Shown here in pieces: positions 46,674 through 54,481 of a stretch of 64,000 bases of DNA. The notes beneath the pieces were generated by a model. It did not search any database, was not told where the DNA came from, and saw only the letters and a program-made list of their open reading frames with translations. The position numbers were made by a program, and so were the translations under genes. This DNA comes from Lachnospiraceae bacterium (GTDB lineage: Bacteria; Bacillota_I; Bacilli_A; RFN20; CAG-826), in NCBI GenBank assembly GCA_963657245.1, contig CAVKLJ010000007.1:6519-70518 (forward strand), read 5' to 3'. Numbering within the stretch: the stretch's first letter is position 1; each line of letters opens with the position of its first letter.

Positions 46674-47822
46674 TTAAATGTCTTGTCTTTTTCCTTTTAG
46701 GAAGGTTCTATCGATTATTCCGCCACCTAAAAGAACCCCTTCATCCGTATAGAAGGCAGCAAATTGCCCAGGTGTGACCGCTTCGACTTCTTTCTCATAA
46801 TCGAGATGAATTTCTTCGCCTACAAAAGAAAGGAAGACTGGATTATCTTTTTGCCTATAACGGAACTTAACTTGAACGTGCATTGGTTTATTTGGCTTTT
46901 CCCCAATCCAATTAACGTCCGTTATATAACATTCATCGCTCATTAGATATTCTGAAGAATCACCTTTTGTGACATAAAGAATGTTGTTTTTAACGTCTTT
47001 TTTGCAAATAAACCACGTCGCATCGCCTTCACCTTTAATACCACCGATTCCTAAGCCTTTTCTTTGACCTAGAGTGTAATAAAGAACGCCCATATGAGTG
47101 CCTAAAACTCTATTCGTTTCAATATCAATAATATTCCCTTTATTCGCTGGAAAATAATTATGAAGGAATTGTCTGAAGTTTCTTTCGCCAATGAAACAAA
47201 CGCCAGTTGATCCGTGTTTGCCAGCCACTTCATCAAGTCCAAGTTTTGTGGCGATTTCTCTAGCTTCAGGCTTTGTGATATCGTTCATCGGAAATAAAGA
47301 TGAGGCAATTTGCTCTTCGCTTAATTCGCAAAGGAAATATGTCTGATCTTTGTTCAAGTCATATGGTTTCGCTAGATGAAAATGGCCATTTAGATCCACT
47401 TTTTTTGCATAATGCCCCATGGCAATATAATCAAATCCATTCTTTTTCGCGTATTCGAGGAATGGACCAAATTTAATATTTTTGTTGCATAGAACGTCTG
47501 GATTTGGAGTTCTTCCGCGTTCGTATTCTTTAAGGAAATAATTGAAAACTGTGTCCCAATATTCTTTGACATAATCGATTCTTAAGAGAGGAATTCCAAG
47601 TTTTGCGGCAACCGCTTTGGCATCATCATAATCTTTTTCCTGAGGACATTGATTGTCGTTAACCGTTGGGTTTCCTAAAAAATCGCCATTTGCCATGGCA
47701 TCCCAGTTTCTCATGAAAGCACCGGTAACATCATACCCTTGTTCTTTTAATTTATAAGCGGCAATCGCTGAATCGACTCCGCCTGAAAGTCCCAATAATA
47801 CTTTTTCTTTCATCCTACTCAC
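46674..47822 (-). CDS. mnmA: tRNA-specific 2-thiouridylase MnmA
   Basis: GLSGGVDSAIAA PP-loop, RTPNPDVLCN, QTYFL. Confidence 0.94.
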   Translation of the reverse strand: MSRMKEKVLLGLSGGVDSAIAAYKLKEQGYDVTGAFMRNWDAMANGDFLGNPTVNDNQCPQEKDYDDAKAVAAKLGIPLLRIDYVKEYWDTVFNYFLKEYERGRTPNPDVLCNKNIKFGPFLEYAKKNGFDYIAMGHYAKKVDLNGHFHLAKPYDLNKDQTYFLCELSEEQIASSLFPMNDITKPEAREIATKLGLDEVAGKHGSTGVCFIGERNFRQFLHNYFPANKGNIIDIETNRVLGTHMGVLYYTLGQRKGLGIGGIKGEGDATWFICKKDVKNNILYVTKGDSSEYLMSDECYITDVNWIGEKPNKPMHVQVKFRYRQKDNPVFLSFVGEEIHLDYEKEVEAVTPGQFAAFYTDEGVLLGGGIIDRTFLKGKRQDI

Positions 47823-48275
47823 CTATTTAAATAATTCAGCAGTATCTAGCCAAAGAGTAAAAGGCCCATCATTGACCAGTTTTACTTGCATATCCGCTTG
47901 GAAAACCCCAGTTTTTAAAGAAGGCATTTTTTCTCTAAGAAGGTTGTTCCATAATGCAAATAAAGGTCTGGCCTCATCTGGTTTCATCGATTTGACGAAT
48001 GATGGTCTATTGCCTTCTTTTGCATCGCCGTAGAGTGTGAATTGGCTAACTGACAATATCTCTCCACCAACTTGATCTAAGGAAAGATTTGTTTTTCCGT
48101 TTTCGTCAGGGAAGATTCTAAGCTTTGTGACTTTATCCCTCATTTTGCGCAAGGTTTCATCGTTATCGCCCTCGGTGAAGGCGACAAATAGCAAAAATCC
48201 TTTTCCGATTTCGGAATATAACTCTCCATTGATTGTAACGGATGCTTCTTTGACTAACTGAACTAATACTCTCAT
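47823..48275 (-). CDS. dtd: D-aminoacyl-tRNA deacylase
   Basis: MRVLVQ..., SQFTLYGD, NDGPFT. Confidence 0.93.
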   Translation of the reverse strand: MRVLVQLVKEASVTINGELYSEIGKGFLLFVAFTEGDNDETLRKMRDKVTKLRIFPDENGKTNLSLDQVGGEILSVSQFTLYGDAKEGNRPSFVKSMKPDEARPLFALWNNLLREKMPSLKTGVFQADMQVKLVNDGPFTLWLDTAELFK

Positions 48276-49576
48276 TTATGTATATACTCTCTAACTATTG
48301 GCAATATCTCGACTTTTTCTTCCTTTATCTCGAAAGCATCGTGAATGTCTTTAAATATTGGCTCGCAACCATCCTTATTTGTGTGAGCATAGGCCAATAT
48401 CTCGCCTCTTTTCACATAATCGCCATATTTCTTACTAAGAACGATACCTGCGGACATATCAATTTCGTCGGTGATTTTCTCTCTTCCGCCACCAAGTTTC
48501 ATGCTCGAAACACCAATTTCTAAAGAATCAATACGCGTGACGTATCCTTCTTTTTCAGAAACGATAGGAACGATATGCTTACTAACCGGGAATTTCTCAG
48601 GATTTTCTAAGTAAGAAACGTCTCCGCCTTGGGCTTTGAATAATTCAAGCATCTTTTGGAAACCACTGCCATTTGCTATGGCTTCTTGAATCATCTTTTC
48701 GCCTTCTTCTAGGTTAGAGGCAAGTTTAGCTTGGTTAAGCATGATTGAACCTGCTTTTGTGACCAATTCAACAAAATCTTTTGGCCCATGGCCTTTTAAG
48801 GTGTTGATTGCTTCGATTACTTCTAAATTATTACCAACGGCCAAGCCTAAAGGCTCATTCATATCGGTGATTATTGCTCTCGTGTCACGATTAAGTGAAT
48901 CTCCGATTTCAACCATCGTTTCCGCTAATTTCTTAGCATCTTCAAACGTTTTCATGAAGGCGCCAGAGCCAAATTTAACGTCAAGAAGGATGGTATCTGA
49001 TCCACTTGCAAGTTTCTTTGACATAATCGAGGAAGCAATCAAAGGAATCGATTGAACGGTTCCCGTGACATCTCTTAAAGCATAAAGTTTCTTATCAGCT
49101 GGATCGATTTCGGCAGTTTGGCCAATAATTGCAATGCCAATCTTATTAACTTGATCAACGAACTGCTTATCGGTTAAGAAAACATTTGTCCCTGGAACAG
49201 ACTCCATTTTATCGAGTGTTCCGCCTGTATGTCCTAAACCTCTACCAGACATTTTCGCCACCTTTGCTCCACATGCGGCAACAAGCGGTCCTAAAGCCAA
49301 AGAAGTTTTATCGCCAACTCCTCCAGTTGAATGTTTATCCACTTTAAATCCTTTAATCGAAGAAAGATCGATCGTTTCGCCAGAATGCTCCATAGCATCT
49401 GTCAAAATAGCAATCTCGTGTTTATTCATCCCTTGAAAAAGGATGGCCATCGCAAGAGCACTAGCTTGATAATCAGGTATTTCGCCATTCGAATATCCCT
49501 TTACAAAGTAACGAATTTCTTCCTCACTAAGGGCTTTTCCATCGCGTTTATTTTCGATAACATCAACCATTCTCAT
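48272..49576 (-). CDS. pdp: Pyrimidine-nucleoside (thymidine) phosphorylase
   Basis: VDKHSTGGVGDKTSL, SGRGLGHTGGTLDK, and a C-terminal alpha/beta domain. Confidence 0.93.
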   Translation of the reverse strand: MRMVDVIENKRDGKALSEEEIRYFVKGYSNGEIPDYQASALAMAILFQGMNKHEIAILTDAMEHSGETIDLSSIKGFKVDKHSTGGVGDKTSLALGPLVAACGAKVAKMSGRGLGHTGGTLDKMESVPGTNVFLTDKQFVDQVNKIGIAIIGQTAEIDPADKKLYALRDVTGTVQSIPLIASSIMSKKLASGSDTILLDVKFGSGAFMKTFEDAKKLAETMVEIGDSLNRDTRAIITDMNEPLGLAVGNNLEVIEAINTLKGHGPKDFVELVTKAGSIMLNQAKLASNLEEGEKMIQEAIANGSGFQKMLELFKAQGGDVSYLENPEKFPVSKHIVPIVSEKEGYVTRIDSLEIGVSSMKLGGGREKITDEIDMSAGIVLSKKYGDYVKRGEILAYAHTNKDGCEPIFKDIHDAFEIKEEKVEILPIVREYIHK

Positions 49577-49624
49577 AAAAGATACTCCTAGATTTAACGG
49601 ACATTTCTATTATAATAGATATAT

Positions 49625-50911
49625 ATGGATTTTCGCACAAATTTAATTGAACACTTAGCAGAAAATGAAGTAGATAGTCTGCTAAACGAAATTGAAAACG
49701 GAAAAGTGACTCATGCCTTGCTATTAAACGACAAAAAGATGAGCGATGAAGAATTTATTAAACGTTATCCAAATGTTAGGAAGCATCCATTTGTTGAGCA
49801 TGCCTATTATTACGATAAAGATGAATATGAATTCGGTAAGTCTCTTCTCTATGATGATGGTGTTTTTTCGATTGAAGACGCCTCAGCGATGATGGCTGTT
49901 TATTTTTTGAAGCCTGAAGAAGATGACGTGATTCTTGATATGTGTGCTGCACCTGGTGGAAAGTCTATCGGTGCATCGCTTGCAATGAACGATAAAGGCG
50001 TTATTGTTTCTAACGACATCTCCTACCCTCGTGCTAAATCAATGTCTCAAAACGTCGAAAGAATGGGAAGAGGAAATATTATTGTTGCCTCTAATGACTT
50101 CGTTTTTTCACACGTTCATTTTGCAAATACATTCGATAAAATCATCCTTGATGCCCCATGTTCTGGCTCAGCAATGATGAGGAAAAACGCTCTCGCCAAG
50201 AAAGATTGGAAATACGAAAAAGTCAGAACGAATTCTAGAAGACAATTAGAGCTTCTCGAACTTGCCTATGGTATGTTAAAAGAAGGCGGAACAATCTCTT
50301 ATAGCACTTGTTCTTTCTCCTTTGAAGAAGATGAAAATACTATTCTCACATTCAAAGCAATGCATCCAGAAATCGAACTCGTTGATTTGGAACATAATGA
50401 TGCATTCGTTAGAACAAAGGAACTTCCTGAAGCAGTTAGACTTCATCCAAATCATTTCGAAGGTGAAGGACAATTCATCTGCTTATTTAAAAAACCAGGA
50501 ACCTTGGTTAAAACCAAAAGGGAAATTGTTTCTAACACAAGATATAAGACTTTTATCGAGCAATATGATTTAGGCGATCGTTCAAATGAAATGATGAGAA
50601 ACAAATTCTATTCTTTATCTCAACATTTCGATGTTTCTCACTTAAATATTCTTAGATATGGCGTAAAACTATTTGAAATGAGAAATATCTATATTCCTGA
50701 TCATCACTTAACTCATTTCTTATCGCCATCTTACTCTATACCGATTAGCTATGAAGAGGCAAAGGCTTATATCCATGGTGACACCTTCCCACTTGAAAGA
50801 CCAGATAACTTCTATATCGTAAGTTATGATAATCAGAATTTAGGATATGTAAAAGTTACTGCTGGAGTAGCGAAAAACCACTACCCTAAAGGTTTAAGAA
50901 GAACGTTATAA
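49625..50911 (+). CDS. NOL1/NOP2/Sun-family RNA m5C methyltransferase (RsmF/YebU-like)
   Basis: DMCAAPGGKS (SAM motif), DAPCSGSAMMRKN (catalytic Cys) and YSTCSF (second Cys). Confidence 0.85.
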   Translation: MDFRTNLIEHLAENEVDSLLNEIENGKVTHALLLNDKKMSDEEFIKRYPNVRKHPFVEHAYYYDKDEYEFGKSLLYDDGVFSIEDASAMMAVYFLKPEEDDVILDMCAAPGGKSIGASLAMNDKGVIVSNDISYPRAKSMSQNVERMGRGNIIVASNDFVFSHVHFANTFDKIILDAPCSGSAMMRKNALAKKDWKYEKVRTNSRRQLELLELAYGMLKEGGTISYSTCSFSFEEDENTILTFKAMHPEIELVDLEHNDAFVRTKELPEAVRLHPNHFEGEGQFICLFKKPGTLVKTKREIVSNTRYKTFIEQYDLGDRSNEMMRNKFYSLSQHFDVSHLNILRYGVKLFEMRNIYIPDHHLTHFLSPSYSIPISYEEAKAYIHGDTFPLERPDNFYIVSYDNQNLGYVKVTAGVAKNHYPKGLRRTL

Positions 50912-51724
50912 TTATCTCAAAGATCCCTTTCTTAAAGGGATTTTTTGATAGCCTTTTTCAAAGAATTTCTCATCTTCTATCTTTTGCTTCTTTATCTCTT
51001 CAAGAGTTAATTCGTAAATTTTATTTGTAATAGTTTCTGTATCATTGTTTTTGACATATTCTTCATCAAACGGTTCAAAGAAGGTGACTTCTAGAGGCAT
51101 TCTCTTGAAATTTGTGTTCATTGGCAAGATTCTAAAATTGCCATAGATACAAATAGGCAAAATCTTAACTCCAGCTTTCTTTGCTGATTTAACGGCACCT
51201 GGTTTATAAGGCAAAAGAAGGCTCTTATCTAATTCCTTGTTTCTTGTGCCTTCAGGATAAATAACGTAGGAAAGGTCACCTTTTTCAAAACGCTTCCCCA
51301 AATCAATCATCACGCGAAGAGACTGGCGCATATCGTTTCTGTCCATAAAGAAGCCATCGATTGATTTGATGGCTTTACCAATAAAAGGGAACTTCAACGT
51401 TTCTTTTTTTGCGACAAAGGAAATTGGTTTTTCAGATAATGCGAGCATCAAAATTGGATCCATATCGGATTCGTGGTTAGAAACAAGAAGGAATGGACGT
51501 CCACTTTCTTCCAATTTTCTAAGTTCTTCAAGCCCTTTGAATTGAAAATCAGGCCTAAATCCTTTGATTATATATTTAGCTATTTGATGGATTTTAGCAT
51601 AACGTTTTTCCAAAGGATATTTCTCTGGATGTCTCGCGTAACGCGAAATATAAAAGGCGAAATCCCAAAGGATGCGGATTCCTACGGTGCAAATTAATCT
51701 TAAATACTTCAACATAGGAAACAT
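50912..51724 (-). CDS. plsC: 1-acyl-sn-glycerol-3-phosphate acyltransferase
   Basis: LVSNHESDMDP (HX4D), FVAKKE, YPEGTRN. Confidence 0.88.
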   Translation of the reverse strand: MFPMLKYLRLICTVGIRILWDFAFYISRYARHPEKYPLEKRYAKIHQIAKYIIKGFRPDFQFKGLEELRKLEESGRPFLLVSNHESDMDPILMLALSEKPISFVAKKETLKFPFIGKAIKSIDGFFMDRNDMRQSLRVMIDLGKRFEKGDLSYVIYPEGTRNKELDKSLLLPYKPGAVKSAKKAGVKILPICIYGNFRILPMNTNFKRMPLEVTFFEPFDEEYVKNNDTETITNKIYELTLEEIKKQKIEDEKFFEKGYQKIPLRKGSLR

Positions 51725-51754
51725 TATAAACTCATTGGAGAAAAAAGAAAAATA

Positions 51755-52033
51755 TCAGCAGTTTCTCTCTTTCATCGGAAAAATCTCTTCGAGCTCCATT
51801 TTAACGACTACACCTAGTTTTTCATCAGTTTCCATATGGCCTTTGCAGGTAATGAAAGAACCAATTGGCGCTTTCATAAAAAGGCAGCCTTCCCCCGAAT
51901 AAGTAAACACAGGGATTTTATCAACTTGATATTTGCCAGTTGGGCCAGGTATAACACGGTCAACTTCAACAAAACGGCCGAGTGGACCTATCTTTTCTCC
52001 TAATCGGCCCGTAACGAAAACAGCGGAAATCAT
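51755..52033 (-). CDS. Small hypothetical protein, possibly an OB-fold SSB-like protein lacking an acidic tail
   Basis: 92 aa. AVFVTGRLGEK...IPVFTY...GSFITCKGHMETD...VVVKMELEEI loosely follows the SSB pattern (V.GRL...; ...kG..v.v.Grl......v.v..i). Confidence 0.4.
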   Translation of the reverse strand: MISAVFVTGRLGEKIGPLGRFVEVDRVIPGPTGKYQVDKIPVFTYSGEGCLFMKAPIGSFITCKGHMETDEKLGVVVKMELEEIFPMKERNC

Positions 52034-52064
52034 ATAAATTACTCCTTGAATGTTGGGTAGATAT

Positions 52065-54164
52065 TTATTTTTTCAGCGCGGTAATGATTAAAGAATGGCG
52101 TGGGATTAAAACATTCTTAGCTAGCACATTGACATCAAGTGCCCCACCACCAGAAGTAAAGATCAAGTAATGATCATCATCGAATGAGTAAGTTAACGCT
52201 TCTGAGGTTGGGTTAAAGATGAAGTCAATCTCTTTGCAAGGTGAAGTTTGGGAAGTGTCTTTCACCTTCATGATAAGCCCACCGTCGAATTCTTCGAAAT
52301 TGATCAGAGCAGCAAGTTTGCTAGGATCAGTCTCTTTGAAGATGCTTAAGGCTTTTCTAAGAGTTATCGCTCCTCTAACATATTCCACCATTTGGAAGCG
52401 TTCGTCAAGAAGATTATCTGACAATTTGTTATATATATCTCCAGCATTGTACGTATTGTCTTTCAAATACTTGCTTTGCCCTATTTCTTGACCCATGTGG
52501 ATGAAAGGAACGCCAAAGGAGAAAAGCACGCATGTTACCGAGAATTTTACGATTTCTAGTTTTTCTTCATCGCTATATTCGGTATTTTTCAATAGGTGAT
52601 CAAAGAAGGTCCCGTTATCATGGCACTCAATATAGTTAATCGATTGAGATGCCTTCTTAAACATTTCAGATTTGTAGTCCCAATCGTGGCAAGAGCCAAG
52701 TAAAGAATAGATAAACGCGTTCTTTTTGCCTAAATCGCCAGTGCAATATTGTTTAACGTTTTCTCGATAAAAGTCGTTGAAAAAGCCGATTTTTGGTAGG
52801 TCAAATGAATTATTCATATTGGCCGCTTCGACGTCTCTTGGAACATACATATTCCATCCTTCGCCATAAATGATAAATGATGGATTTACCTCTTTAGTTT
52901 TTGCATCTAATTCTTTAATAGTTTCTCCATCTAAAAGACCCATCAAATCGAAACGTAAACCATCGATTTTATAGGCTTTTTGCCAGAATAAGCAGGAATC
53001 AATGATGAGCTTTCTAACCATTGGCTTTTCACTTGCAACATCATCTCCGCACCCAGAGGAATTAGTAAGTTTCCCATTATTCGATTTTCTAAAATAATAA
53101 TTTGGAACAATCGCTTCAAAAGAAGAGAAGGCACTTTCGTAAACGTGATTGAAAACGACGTCTAGAACCACTCTTATTCCTTCATTATGAATAGACGATA
53201 TCATCTTTTGTAATTCATTTACCCTGCTCATCGGATCATATGGATCGGTAGAATATGAGCCTTCTGGAGCAAAATATTGTATAGGATCATATCCCCAGTT
53301 ATATTCTTCAAAGCCTTTTTCCTCGTTAACTGAGCCAAAATCATTTAAAGGTTGGAGTTGAAGATGGCTGATGCCAAGCCATTTCAAATAGTCTAAGCCG
53401 ATTGGATTCCCGCCTTTTGTCTTTTTGCCTTTTTCGGTTAAACCAAGGTATTTGCCTTTGTTTTTGATCGTTGAATGCTTATCAATTGTTAAATCACGAA
53501 CATTTCCTTCGTAGATTATCGCTTGGGTAATACCTGAGAAAGGAGGTAATTTATCCGCATTGAGCTCATCTTCAAAAATCGATTCATCAATGACGACGGA
53601 CTCTTTTGCGTTAACTGTTGAACTTTTCCCATATGGATCGATTGAGGAAACGCTGATTTCACTATTTGTTACTAAATATTTATAACGTTGAAGTTTGAAA
53701 TCTCCGTCAAGAGTAAGGGAAAATATACCATTTTCTTGGCGTTTCATATCGTATAGGGTCTCTTTGTCATTATTGATGAGTTGAAGTTTTACAGAACTCG
53801 CTAAAGGAGCCCAAACCTTCCACGTTGTCTTATCTTTTCTATATATAGCGCCAAGTTGGCCGTCATAATAATATTTCTTATCGAAATTAGCAAAGGTCGT
53901 GGCTTCAGTAACATCAAGTGGGAACATTCCAATTAACGGGATGTAAATATAATATGAATGCCCTAATTCAAGGGGCTTTGCTAGTTTGAATTCAATAAAA
54001 ACATGTGATGGCGTCGAAACATTCTTTATTGGATAAAGACGGATTTTCGTTACTTTATCAATTAATAAGAAAAACATTTCATTGTTAAAATTAACATCGG
54101 ATAAAGAAACGAAACGAATGGTGTCTGGTGAAACTAATCTAGCAGCAATATAAGTATCTTTCAT
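52065..54164 (-). CDS. Type I pullulanase (GH13), with no signal peptide (AmyX-like)
   Basis: YNWGYDP, VVLDVVFNH, DGLRFDLMG, YGEGW and YIECHDN conserved regions. Confidence 0.9.
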   Translation of the reverse strand: MKDTYIAARLVSPDTIRFVSLSDVNFNNEMFFLLIDKVTKIRLYPIKNVSTPSHVFIEFKLAKPLELGHSYYIYIPLIGMFPLDVTEATTFANFDKKYYYDGQLGAIYRKDKTTWKVWAPLASSVKLQLINNDKETLYDMKRQENGIFSLTLDGDFKLQRYKYLVTNSEISVSSIDPYGKSSTVNAKESVVIDESIFEDELNADKLPPFSGITQAIIYEGNVRDLTIDKHSTIKNKGKYLGLTEKGKKTKGGNPIGLDYLKWLGISHLQLQPLNDFGSVNEEKGFEEYNWGYDPIQYFAPEGSYSTDPYDPMSRVNELQKMISSIHNEGIRVVLDVVFNHVYESAFSSFEAIVPNYYFRKSNNGKLTNSSGCGDDVASEKPMVRKLIIDSCLFWQKAYKIDGLRFDLMGLLDGETIKELDAKTKEVNPSFIIYGEGWNMYVPRDVEAANMNNSFDLPKIGFFNDFYRENVKQYCTGDLGKKNAFIYSLLGSCHDWDYKSEMFKKASQSINYIECHDNGTFFDHLLKNTEYSDEEKLEIVKFSVTCVLFSFGVPFIHMGQEIGQSKYLKDNTYNAGDIYNKLSDNLLDERFQMVEYVRGAITLRKALSIFKETDPSKLAALINFEEFDGGLIMKVKDTSQTSPCKEIDFIFNPTSEALTYSFDDDHYLIFTSGGGALDVNVLAKNVLIPRHSLIITALKK

Positions 54165-54481
54165 AAAAGTATCACTACGGCAAAAGCGTAGTCTCCATCA
54201 TGTGAAATTGAAACATCGTATGTGTGTTCTTTAAAGAAAATATAGGGTTGGCCGTCGTCTTTATAACGTATATCGATATCTTTCATTCTTGCGCCAGAAA
54301 GACCGCATCCAAGGGCTTTCAAGAAAGCCTCTTTTGCGGCAAACCTTCCGCCAAGGAATTCTCTTTTATCTTTCCTTTTAGCGAAAAGCTCAAGTTCGTT
54401 TTTGCTTAAGATTCCGTTAACGAAAGGAAGATTATCAATTTGTATACGTCTTAAGTCAACGACATCGCATCCTATGCTCAT
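54161..54481 (-). CDS. acpS: Holo-[acyl-carrier-protein] synthase
   Basis: IGCDVVDLRRI, RFAAKEAFLKAL, SISHDGDYAFAVV. It is 106 aa and overlaps ftsK and the pullulanase gene by 4 nt each. Confidence 0.85.
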   Translation of the reverse strand: MSIGCDVVDLRRIQIDNLPFVNGILSKNELELFAKRKDKREFLGGRFAAKEAFLKALGCGLSGARMKDIDIRYKDDGQPYIFFKEHTYDVSISHDGDYAFAVVILL

